Source: an uncultured delta proteobacterium (GTDB taxonomy: Bacteria; Desulfobacterota; WTBG01; CAIYCZ01; CAIRTM01). Taken from it: 64,000 nucleotides of DNA. The stretch spans positions 32,001-96,000 of the forward strand of contig CAWDSQ010000024.1 in assembly GCA_963804955.1 (NCBI GenBank). The letters run 5' to 3'. Position numbers and translations under genes: made by a program. The notes beneath the pieces are model-generated. The model had not been told where the DNA came from and searched no databases. It worked only from the letters and a program-made list of their open reading frames with translations. Shown in pieces: positions 9,402 through 19,740 of this stretch. Each line of letters begins with the position of its first letter. The first letter of the stretch is position 1.

Positions 9402-11419
9402 TGGAGATCTCCGAAGGGAAACTGTTCTTTTTTCTCGATGCGTGCAGGCCGGTTATGAAAATACAGATGTTTAAACAGCGCTTCAGCGCCGTGACAGATG
9501 GAGCAGAACTGCCGGGGCAGGTCATACCTGAGAAAGCTTGTCGTTATCGTACCCTCGGCAAGACCGGTGCCCCTGCCCTTTTTCTTTCCGTCCCACTGGT
9601 GCGCATTGTGACAGGTCGAGCAGACAATGCCGCCCATAGGGGAGGTTCCTCCTGAGGGGGTAAAAAGGCATATATCGAGCTGGAGCCGTTTATTGGCGAT
9701 TTCAGATACACGGGAATAAAAGGCGCCGGGGTGCAGGCCGTAACGGGGCACATGTTTTCCGGCAATGCCGCCTTTCTCATGGCAGCCGGTACAGAGTGAT
9801 ACCATAATATTTTTAGCGGGCTTTTCTGATTTCAGCCACTCTTTGGGCACGGCAGTGCCCAGGGGCGCTGCCCACATGTATTCCTTTATTGTTGAGCCAT
9901 GGGAGACATGGCATGCACCGCAGACGGATGACTGGGCCGGAGCCTGGCCGAGGGCGTTTTTGTAGCCCGTGCGCCGCAATGCTCATGTCATGGGGTGTTC
10001 CTCTGACAAAACCCTGCTCAGGATGGCAGCTGATGCACAGTGCCACCTGTCCGCCATCCCCAAGCCTGAGATACCGGCCGTTTTTGCCTGCCTTGGAAAC
10101 ATCCGTAACAGGCGAAGGATCATGAACGTCATGGCAGGTCATGCACGCAACCTTGCCCTGGGCGGATTGTTCGCATGCGTCATTAAAAAGGGGCAGGCCT
10201 GCAGAGTTGACTGAAGAGGCCTTTGCCGCCGGATGCGCAGAGTTGCGGGGAACCGCCTTTTCAGCGCACTGTCCCGGCGCATGGCAGCTCTTGCAGTAGC
10301 TTTCAAAACATGTTGAAGAGGAGGGCAACTGGCGGGCCCACATAAACGGGCCGTTGCCCTTATGCACAGAGTGACAGGCGCCGCAGGGGCCGCTGCTGGC
10401 GCCGGTCGTATTCAGTGGGTTTTTTTGCGGATGTTCGGACAGGCGCAGATCATGCGTGCTTTTCAGAGTCTGGCTCTGCTTTTTATGACAGCGCACGCAG
10501 AGCCCGTCATCCCCGGCCTGCTCGTTGAGCAGAAATTCACTGTCTGCTGCATTATGAGTTCTATGGCACGTGAAGCAAATCAGGTCGCCCTGAACGCTCA
10601 GCACTATTTTCTCGCCGCTGCTCCAGGTTTCCGGTATCTGCACTGCGCTGTCGGGCCGTATGTCGACAGGGTGAGACATACCTGTTGGTGTCGGGGTCAT
10701 TGGGCTTTTTTGGCTTTTTCGTGTGGCAGACTTCACAGAGTATCGCCGGTGCGGCGGAGTCGCGCAGCCAGCAGCACCAGCCGCTTATCGCCGACGCCGC
10801 CATGCGCCATATGGCAGGTTTCGCAGATAATTTGATTTGACTTTTCAGTGCCGAACCGGCCGCCGGCTTTTATAATCGCTTCCGGCGCCTGCTCAACTGA
10901 CACATTCACAGGATGGTTGCCCTGAGCTGTTCCGCCCGTATTTTTTGTATGACAGCGGATGCAGAGTGAGGAGTTTATATTGGGCTCGCGTTTGAATGTC
11001 ATATTAATCGAATCGCGCGGCGAGAGTTCAGCATGCGGGGTGTGGCAGGTAGAGCACAGGAGCGCCCCTTTTTCATCCAAAGGGAAATTTGGCGGTATTG
11101 TCACGCGGTCTGAAGGTATGACTCCACTTTTATGGCTGGGAGTGTTGCATACCGTGTTGCGCGAATCCCGCACGGAGCCATCATGGCAGGAAAGGCACAT
11201 TTTGGTCTCGCCAACGCTGTCCTTGGATTCCTCGAACTGTGCGATAGGAGTGCTCTTGTGCTCTATAAAAAAAGTATAGACCCATCGATAATGGCAGATC
11301 GCGCATTTTTTAGCCGTATCAGACTCGCGCGGCACGCTGCCCTGCTGCGCGGGTGAGGGGCAGGGTAAAAACAGAAAGATGCTCAGCAGCATCAGCAGGT
11401 AATGTAAGGTTTTCAGCAT
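9398..11419 (-). CDS. ~16-heme periplasmic cytochrome c (split by about 3 frameshifts)
   Basis: ORFs 10733-11419 (5 motifs), bridging CEVCH, 9813-10736 (6) and 9398-9979 (4); signal peptide only on the first. Confidence 0.8.
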
Positions 11420-11421
11420 GG

Positions 11422-12234
11422 CTATTGTTGCTTAAAAAGATCGGGAAAATAAAAAACTTCATAATTGGTCAGCATGCCGCCAATTTCCATACGTTGAAGC
11501 TGGTTGGTCCGCGTCTGATCAAATCCCAGCTGCACAAAAGGCATAATACCTGTGGTGCTGTGACACTGCTTGCACATAACGAACTCCTTTATCTCAGCGT
11601 CCTTGTGCATGCTGTCGACGATCTGTTTCTTTTTTTCATCGGAGTATGTTTCTTTTTCAGCCATATACTTCAGCGACAGTGCGATGTCCTGCTCCGACAT
11701 GTAGGGCTGCAGCCCTCCCTCCACCATGTGGAGCGGCGTAATTTTTGATACATGATTGCCGGTAGAGGCTAAAAATCCTGTTGTGGCGTCCACACAGGTG
11801 CCGTACGGCTTTTCCGTTGGGTTCATGCCGGGGGGATTCACCCAGCCGAATCGCATATTGGATTTTTCGGACAACTTCAGATGGCAGGTGTTGCACGTCA
11901 TGAATTCGGTATGCAGATTGATGATAGCCATTGCCTGCTTGTTGCGTCCGTGGGGGTAAACGGTGTGGCAGATAATGCAGGATGATTTTTCCGCCCATGC
12001 ATCAAGCGCCTTATCCTCAACTCCAAGATGAAAATGTTCATGCTGCTGTTTGCGCTCCAGCTCCTTCATTTGCCAGGCTGCAAGAGACATGGATTTTGGC
12101 TTCTCGACCTTCATCTCTTTTTGCCGCTCAAACTGTACGCTGAACGTAAGCCACCAGCTCAGAAGAGCTGCCATCGTGATCACGATGGCAAAAACGATGA
12201 ACGCCTCTATGCGTGAATTTCCATTATTTGGCAT
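11422..12234 (-). CDS. Membrane-anchored triheme cytochrome c
   Basis: N-terminal TM helix; CIICH, CNTCH, CKQCH. Confidence 0.85.
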   Translation of the reverse strand: MPNNGNSRIEAFIVFAIVITMAALLSWWLTFSVQFERQKEMKVEKPKSMSLAAWQMKELERKQQHEHFHLGVEDKALDAWAEKSSCIICHTVYPHGRNKQAMAIINLHTEFMTCNTCHLKLSEKSNMRFGWVNPPGMNPTEKPYGTCVDATTGFLASTGNHVSKITPLHMVEGGLQPYMSEQDIALSLKYMAEKETYSDEKKKQIVDSMHKDAEIKEFVMCKQCHSTTGIMPFVQLGFDQTRTNQLQRMEIGGMLTNYEVFYFPDLFKQQ

Positions 12235-14088
12235 CGCTGCTCTCCCCTTTCAGGAGTTTCTCTTCCTCGCATTCCGCAACGCCCTCCTGAACCTGGCGCT
12301 GGTATTCAAGAAAATGCTCCTCAATCTGGTGGTCCTTTGCGATGCGGCCTGTCCAGAATGTCCACTGAAGCGGGAAGCGGCCGGGAGCGATATGCACATT
12401 ATACATATGCCAAAGGGCTATTACGAGAAACGCCAGTATCGACTCCTCGCCATGCATAAGCCGCAGCACATTAAACGATACTTTAGCAAAAGGAATATAT
12501 TTAACCATAAATTCCGGAAACAGCAGGCAGCAGCCCGACAGTGTCAGCACCGAGCATCCCCATACCTGGCCAGATAATGCAGTTTTTGTTTGTACATGAA
12601 TTTTTCCATCCTCGGCCGGGAATTTTCAAAACCGAGGAAATAGCGGAAATCGAAGTAAAAATCCTTCAGATCTTTCCACAGCGGAAATTGAGTTCGCTTG
12701 ATATCAAACGTGCCGTGCCTCATCTGCCTGGCAATGCCGAGCATAAGCACCGCAACATGATAGACGCAATTCAGAGTGAAAACAGCAGCATTGACCCGGT
12801 GTATTAAACGGGTGACGGTGATACCGCCGAGAAGATTGATAAACTGATGCGAAAGCTCGGAATTATGAAAAAACAGCGGGAGCCCCGTAATGACTGCTAT
12901 GGAAAAGGTGATACCCATGAGAGTATGATTTATAATGATATGCACCGAGTACCGGGGCAAGTCTCCTTTGGCGTCATACTGTACATAGCGATGCAGATTG
13001 GGGATTGTACCGATCGGGTCAGCCGGAACAGCCGGGGCCTTTGGTAATTTCTGGGGCTTGCGCAGCCATCTGAAAAAACGCGCATCGTGATTTTTGATCC
13101 GGCGGTAGGTTTCCATGCCCATAAGCGTAAAAAGCAGAAACAGCGTAAAAAACATGACGCCCTGCATAATGACTTCGGCCAGATGAATTTCCGGCCCCTT
13201 TTCCTTGTGTTTGCTCAGGTGGCTGTCGACAGAGGCGATCATCTTGCCCGCGCCGGGATGACAGGCCTCGGTCTGACATGTCTGGTAACGGTTTTCAGGA
13301 TGTACCGACGATTGCGGGTCGGATCCGGGTCGAATATTGTGTATGCTTTCGCTTGCATGACAGCTGATGCAATGGGCCGTATCCATGCCGCCGAACTGAA
13401 GAATCCGGTAATGTATTGTTTCCTTGTAGGTGCTGACGGCCTCAGCTACGGGCCCCTCCATGCCGACGACGTTCTGAAAATCTTTGTCGGCATGGCAGCT
13501 CGCGCAGAGAGCAACAACCGCAAGCGGCGGGCGGCTGGTCTTCTGCCGCATGCGGTGCGACATGTGGACAAATATCTGTTCGATGCCTTTTTCCTTGTGA
13601 CAGTTAAGGCAGCGCTTTATTACTTTTTCAGGCGGTATGTCCTGAGGCAGCGCATAGAGGTCATTGAGGTGGCAGTATTTGCAGTCCGGCTTTAATGCGG
13701 CTATTTCCGGCTTATCGTCCGGCTGTATGCCATGGATGCTTTTATTAAAGGCATCGGCTACATCCTTATGGGAAAAATCGGTTCCGCTCATGGCTTTCCA
13801 TCTGTCAATATGACAGACTTTTGCGCAGTCGACTTTTTCAATTTTTCCATGAGGGACTTTCTCTATATCGCTATGGCAGTCGATACAGGAAAGGTTGCCG
13901 TGTATCGAGTCCTGATACAGATGGCCTTCGACATAATAATTTCTCAGCGTGCCGTCTGCAGTATAGCCGCGCAGGCGCTGATACTTGTGGCATAACAGGC
14001 AATTCTCAGGATCACCGGCCACGGAAACGCCTGAAGACAGGCACAGCAGTATAGCCGCGAACGCGCTGAATCCTTTAAAAATTTTCAT
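12224..14088 (-). CDS. CbcL-like multiheme c / di-heme cytochrome b membrane protein (frameshift near 12560)
   Basis: 6 CxxCH + CX3CH + CX4CH, then FdnI/HydC-type helices with His ligands (NHTLM, IHRVN, MHGEE, WHMYNVH). Confidence 0.85.
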
Positions 14089-14107
14089 AATGCCGACTCA
14101 TGCTGGT

Positions 14108-15064
14108 TCAGGGTTTATTTATTTTTTTGCCGCTCATTTCATACACGCTGACCTGATTGGCGATCATATCAACCACATACAGCCGCCCGCGATCATCAGC
14201 AGCAATGCCCACAGGGGTCTGCCATTTTAAAACATCGCCTTTTTCATCTCCGATGACCCCCTTTAAATTACCATAGCGGTTAAATACCTGGATCACCCCC
14301 AGGTAGCTGTCACTGACAAATATCTGGTTGTCCGGGTCGACGCATACTCCTTTGGGCCGGTAAAACTGGCCCAGGTCAACGCCCCAGCCGCCGATCGTAC
14401 CCACGATATCTCCTGTCGGGCTGTAGACCTGAACGCGCGTATTAATGACATCGACGACAAACACGGATGAATCAATTCCCACGGCAAGGAAAAAAGGATA
14501 CTGCAGCTGGTCGCGCCTCTCCCCTTCAGAAGCCCAGGAAGCGATCTGCTTGTATCCCGGCAGGCCGTACACAAGCACGTGATGATTGTCATTGTCAACA
14601 ACATACATCTGCTGCTTAGACTCATCAATAGCTACATCGGTCGGATCAGCGGGCTTGTCGCCTTTTGCGGGAATAATATCAACGCTTTGGAGCCACTCTC
14701 CGCCTGGCGTAAAAAACTGCACCCGGTGATTCTGCGAGTCAGCCACGTAGATGCGTCCTTCCTTGTCGGCGGCAATGCCCAGCGGGCTGGTAAATTCACC
14801 CTGCTGCGCTCCTTTGCTGCCAAAGGCAAACTGGTAGCGGCCCTGCGGGTCGAAAACCTTGACGCAGTTGTTGACCCCGTCCAGCACATAGATCTGATGG
14901 TCTTTGCCTATGGCGATGTCGCTTGGCTGCAGAAAGTCCCTTGTTATGTCAAAGAGATGCTTTGCAGGATATACCGTATAAGCATGCAATGCTCCGGGCT
15001 GCGCTGCAAGCAGCCCCGCTGCAGACAACATCACGGCTAATAACCTTGATGCACCGGTTCTCAC
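14108..15064 (-). CDS. Exported NHL-repeat six-bladed beta-propeller
   Basis: Repeated P.GIA.D..G.IYVAD..NHRVQ.F units; signal peptide. Confidence 0.92.
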   Translation of the reverse strand: MRTGASRLLAVMLSAAGLLAAQPGALHAYTVYPAKHLFDITRDFLQPSDIAIGKDHQIYVLDGVNNCVKVFDPQGRYQFAFGSKGAQQGEFTSPLGIAADKEGRIYVADSQNHRVQFFTPGGEWLQSVDIIPAKGDKPADPTDVAIDESKQQMYVVDNDNHHVLVYGLPGYKQIASWASEGERRDQLQYPFFLAVGIDSSVFVVDVINTRVQVYSPTGDIVGTIGGWGVDLGQFYRPKGVCVDPDNQIFVSDSYLGVIQVFNRYGNLKGVIGDEKGDVLKWQTPVGIAADDRGRLYVVDMIANQVSVYEMSGKKINKP

Positions 15065-17826
15065 TGGCTTTTCCTCTCGAAGATTGTCGGAAACTGAAAT
15101 TGGCTGAAATTTTCAATCATCTGCACGAGCTCGCTGCGGGTTAGTTGCCTGATCCGCTCAGGCGAGTAGCCGAGCTGTTTGTACGGCAATAGCGGCTGCT
15201 TCTCGTTATGGCACTGCTGACAGGTAATGCTTTTCTTGCTTAAGAACGAGTGTATCTTTTCTAGTGACTCTTTCTTCTGCTCCAGCGACAGGGTGCTTGA
15301 CTCGGCCTTCTTGATGAAGCTCTCTGCATAATCCTTGATGGGGTCGCTATCCTGCCGTTTAAACCCCTCGGGGGTTTCAATCCCTGGAACGAGCTTAATA
15401 TTGAGTTCATCAAGCGGGGCTCCCGACAGATCAGGCACGGCATCAAGGATCTTTCCGGTGGCCCTGTTGTACCACCTGTACGTGTACTGTATACCGGTAT
15501 CCTGCTTAATATGGCATGTCTGGCAGGCAAGATAGAAATCGTGCATATTGAGATAGGTGCGCACCTCGGCTTTCGTACCATGAGGAAAGTCGCCGTGGCA
15601 CTTGATGCAGTACGACCTGTCGTCGGGAGTGACCTGCATGGTTATATTGTGAAAGTGGCCGGTTATTTCCTGCTCTTTGAGCACCCTGAATCCGCGATAA
15701 AACTTCTTCTTGCCCGCATCTTCAAGGAGCACCTCTTCAAGAAATCGCGGCTTATCGAGATAGTGCTTTTCCGGTATGCGGGTCGCGGTGAGCATATGGA
15801 ATCCGAACACAGTGTTGAACACAAGCCAGGTCAAGTATCCGGTAGTCCCTATCAAAAGCACCAGGGTGACAATTTGGCCCACGAAGCGGACGGTGCTGCG
15901 CACCATACCTCTTTTCTCTTCGGCATGTTCGGGGGCAAGGCCTTCGCTCTTGAGAGCCCCCAGGTAGTAGCCGTGGTGCTCTCCTGATATTTCCTCCTCT
16001 TTTTTTGTGCCCGTCAACCAGGACATGCCCATGGGCAGATGTTCGAGCTTCAGATGCGTGTTATAAATATGCCAGAGCATGATGACGATGGTGGCAAGCA
16101 GCGCTTCATCGCTATGGGCTATCAGGCAGAAGTTCAGTATGTTGCCGGGAAGGAATTGCGTAAAAAAGTCCTGCCCCCAGAGGACGACTCCTGACAGGCC
16201 GATGACGGGAACGCCCCAAAAAACGGCCAGGTATCCGAACTTCTCTTTGAAATTGAACCGCGAGGCTGACGGCCGTTCATTGGTTATATACAGCCGGAAC
16301 AGCATGCTTTTCCAGATATTTCGCAGGTCCTCAAGGTTGGGAACCATGGGCAGTACGAGTATGCTCATGAGCATGTTACGCAGCGTCAGCCTGCCGGCTT
16401 TCTGGAGCGGCTTGAGGTAGTATTCAACGTAGCAGCAGGCTATGTACAGGAAGTGGAACAGAAACACGAAACCCATGACCACGGCGCATACCCTGTGTAT
16501 CACCGTAGCGAGTTCTATGCCGCCCAGCATTTCATACAGCGTGCGCATCCACTCGACATGCATATATTTCATGGGTATGCCGGTTAAAACAAGCCCTGCG
16601 AAAGAGACCATGAGCAGTACGTGCTGCTGGCGCTGGTTGAAAGTCAGGTGCTTGAAATATCTCACGCCATTTTTTACATAGACCGGCGGCCGATCATCAC
16701 CGAGCTCTACGCCGTCTACGATGGGCCGCGGGGGCAGCATCCGATCTTCGAACCGGTGCTTGATCGGGAGTATTTCTCTGATAAGATCCAGAATAGCTGC
16801 AATCATGATGGGTATGAAACTCGTCAGCGTCAGCAGGACAAAAAACAGGGAGACGTAAAACTCTATCGGGTGGCGCTCCCTGTCCGCCAGCAGATGGACT
16901 TTATATTCGGTCAGATTCTGATTTGCGTCGGGATGGCAGTCTATATTGGAGCAGGCCTGCAAACGGTTTGCCGGGTACACGGCCGAGCGCGGGTCGTTCT
17001 TGTCATGCATGGAATGTATCGAGCCCCCGGAGCTGGCATGACAGTCAAGGCAGTCCGGCGACGTGTCATCCCCCATAAAGACTGATTTGCCGTGATAGGT
17101 CTCCCAGTAGGCATAGACAACATTCGGCTGATTGTGACGCTTAAGAAAATCCGCGTCCTCATGACATTTCGAACACAGCTTCACGACATCGGCGCCGCTT
17201 CTGAGCTTTTGCATGCGCGAGGTGAAATGGCTGTAAAATTTCTTTATGAATGTCTTGTCGTCATGGCAGGTTAGGCACCGGCTCATGATTCGATCGGAAA
17301 CGCCGGGCCTGATTTTTTTAAAAAACGACAGCGGCCTGTACAGCGGATCCTGATGGCAGGTCTTGCATGTTGGATAATCCTCTGGATGGGGCTTGGGACT
17401 TCCCTTTTCATCTATCGGGCTGTGCACGCTGGTCTGAAGTATATCGCCGACCTGCTTATGGGTAAAATTTTCAAGTTTGCCCTGCTTGTCAAGGTGGCAT
17501 TCCTTCAGGCAGTCGACCTTTTCAGCTTTTTTATGAGGAATATCCTTAATGTCGGCGTGGCAGCTGCGGCAGTTGAGCAGACCATGGGGGCTGTTCTGGT
17601 ATATGGGCTCTGAGATATACAGCAGGCGGAGCATATTATTTTCATCAATATGGCTCATGCCGCGGTGCTTGTGGCAGATAAGGCAGTTGTCCACATCAAC
17701 GGCCCGTGCGGTGGCCGCCGGAAGCAACACGGCAAGCAGCAGCACGCAGCCTGCTGCACGGCAGATGAAACTATACGGAACTTTCAAACTGCGGTCTTTG
17801 TTCATCATGGGATCGCACTGCCTCAT
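15061..17826 (-). CDS. CbcL-like cytochrome c/b protein fused to a C-terminal triheme domain (~11 c-hemes)
   Basis: 8 N-terminal heme motifs, cytochrome b His ligands (QQHVL, IHRVC, AHSDE, WHIYNTH), extra TM helix, then CIKCH, CQTCH, CQQCH. Confidence 0.88.
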   Translation of the reverse strand: MRQCDPMMNKDRSLKVPYSFICRAAGCVLLLAVLLPAATARAVDVDNCLICHKHRGMSHIDENNMLRLLYISEPIYQNSPHGLLNCRSCHADIKDIPHKKAEKVDCLKECHLDKQGKLENFTHKQVGDILQTSVHSPIDEKGSPKPHPEDYPTCKTCHQDPLYRPLSFFKKIRPGVSDRIMSRCLTCHDDKTFIKKFYSHFTSRMQKLRSGADVVKLCSKCHEDADFLKRHNQPNVVYAYWETYHGKSVFMGDDTSPDCLDCHASSGGSIHSMHDKNDPRSAVYPANRLQACSNIDCHPDANQNLTEYKVHLLADRERHPIEFYVSLFFVLLTLTSFIPIMIAAILDLIREILPIKHRFEDRMLPPRPIVDGVELGDDRPPVYVKNGVRYFKHLTFNQRQQHVLLMVSFAGLVLTGIPMKYMHVEWMRTLYEMLGGIELATVIHRVCAVVMGFVFLFHFLYIACCYVEYYLKPLQKAGRLTLRNMLMSILVLPMVPNLEDLRNIWKSMLFRLYITNERPSASRFNFKEKFGYLAVFWGVPVIGLSGVVLWGQDFFTQFLPGNILNFCLIAHSDEALLATIVIMLWHIYNTHLKLEHLPMGMSWLTGTKKEEEISGEHHGYYLGALKSEGLAPEHAEEKRGMVRSTVRFVGQIVTLVLLIGTTGYLTWLVFNTVFGFHMLTATRIPEKHYLDKPRFLEEVLLEDAGKKKFYRGFRVLKEQEITGHFHNITMQVTPDDRSYCIKCHGDFPHGTKAEVRTYLNMHDFYLACQTCHIKQDTGIQYTYRWYNRATGKILDAVPDLSGAPLDELNIKLVPGIETPEGFKRQDSDPIKDYAESFIKKAESSTLSLEQKKESLEKIHSFLSKKSITCQQCHNEKQPLLPYKQLGYSPERIRQLTRSELVQMIENFSQFQFPTIFERKSQ

Positions 17827-17834
17827 TAGTATTT

Positions 17835-18588
17835 TTATCTGGCCTCACGGACGCATCGAAACCCGATATTAAAGCTCCGGGCATCCGGAGACGCATAAAA
17901 ACGGTTTGCAGCCCTGACTTCATCCGGGCCGCAGTACCATGCACCGCCGCGCAGCACCTTCAGCACTCCGTCTACAGGACCGGTAACATGGTTATCGGGG
18001 CTTACTGAATAAAAGTCTGCGCCATACCAGTCAGAGCACCATTCCCATACATTGCCGGTCATATCATGCAGACCGTACGGATTGGGTGGAAACTTTTTCA
18101 CCTGCACAATTCCGAAAGAGCCATAATTTGCAAAATTTTTGTCCGATATGTCTCCCCAAAAATATTTCTGTCCTGACGTGCCGCCGCGTGCGGCATACTC
18201 CCACTCAGCTTCGGTAGGCAGACGCTTGCCTGCCCATGCGGCATAGGCCTGCGCATCATACCACGATACACCCGCAACAGGCTCATCGGGCTTATCGATC
18301 TCCGGCTGCCAGAACGGCGGCAGCGTACGTGAGGTTGCTTCGGCAAACACTTTATACTGAGCATTGGTAATCTCATGAACATCCATATAAAAAGAATGAA
18401 CAGTGACTTCATGCCGCGGTTTTTCATCAAAATCGCCATCGTCTGAACCCATGACAAACTTTCCGCCTTGAATAAAAATAACGGCCTCAGAAATAGTTCC
18501 TGAAACAGGGCCATCCGGCGCCGGTGACGGGCCGGCTGCACAGCTAAAGCATGCACAAAGTTAAAAACAGAACAATCAATCTTTTCAT
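17835..18588 (-). CDS. FGE/SUMF1-domain protein (N-terminal frameshift)
   Basis: KRLPTEAEWEYAARGG, NPYGLHDMTGNVWEWCSDWY, NIGFRCV. Confidence 0.9.
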
Positions 18589-18622
18589 GCATAGTTCCGG
18601 ATACGGCATACCCTGCCCTGTT

Positions 18623-19717
18623 TTAATGAACCAGCGTTGACGTTTTCTGGACTGATATAAAATCATAGAATCGAGCCTGAAAGCCGTTGTGGCAGCTCAG
18701 GCATGCGAAATTAAGCGTAAGAAACGGGCCTGCTGACATCCTTGACAGCATAACTGCCGTCAAGTGAAAACATTTGATAGGGCTCTGCCTCCGTTTTTAT
18801 ACGCCAGATATGAGAAGCGGTATCGCCTTTTCTATACGGACCGATACCTGTCGAATTATCTGTTTTTACGGCCGGCGCCATATGGCAGCTTGTACACAGC
18901 AACACGACTTCATGCCCAGGTAGCGCTTTTTTAAAAAGTGACATGTGCTGCAGGTGACTTTTATGGCATTCATCGGTGCGAGTTTCAAGACTGTAATGCG
19001 GGTTATGGCAGCCCGGCGCATTGCAGGATTTTGCCATGCCGGGTGGATAGCCCACTCATTGTACTGCTGCTGCGGCTTTATAAAACCGTCCTGGGCTTCA
19101 ATGACCCTCCCGTCATTGCGGGAATGGCAGGGCTTGCAGACAGAGGCGGTTGTATCCACTATGATTGTTGCGGGTGATGGTGCGCTAATATGGCTGCCGC
19201 CAGGACCGTGGCATGATTCGCAGCCTGTATACGGGTAATGCAATGTCTGCTGCCAGGCGGCATAAATAGTACTGTGGCAGCCATTACAGACATCAGAGCC
19301 GACATATGCAGCTGCAAAAGGCTCAACCGTAAAATATGCCGTTCGCACAACCCGCTCGTTAAAAAGCGGAATATATTCCACAACATCCACCTTCGCTTCT
19401 CCACGTGCCGTAAATGGTATACTGATGTTCCATACCACAGAGTACAAGCCGCTCAGCCGCAAGCGAACGCGGTAGCCGAGTCGTATTGTCCAGTTCGAGC
19501 CGGTAACTTCGCCGTGCAGCAGGACAAGGCTGGGCCTTTCAAGGCTGTAAGCCACCTTGACTCGCACTGCCTGACTGGGCTGGCATTGTGTTATCTCAGT
19601 ACCTTCAGAATCCGTTACGGTGATTTGTTCAATAGCAAAAGGCATAGTACCATAGGCTGTGCCTGCGGCAAAAAGGGACAAAGCTAAAAAAAATACTGCC
19701 GGTCTATATCGTGTCAT
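18623..19717 (-). CDS. ~7-heme cytochrome c with N-terminal beta-rich domain (several frameshifts)
   Basis: Signal peptide, beta-strand domain, then CNGCH, CESCH, CKPCH, C..CH, CSTCH, CTSCH, CLSCH stitched across frames. Confidence 0.75.
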
Positions 19718-19740
19718 AGTTGTCTGTCCTGCACAGTCAG

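Noticed and set aside
1568..13695. Numerous long plus-strand ORFs opposite the cytochrome and DUF169 genes
   Set aside because: Antisense shadow ORFs with no motifs or RBS
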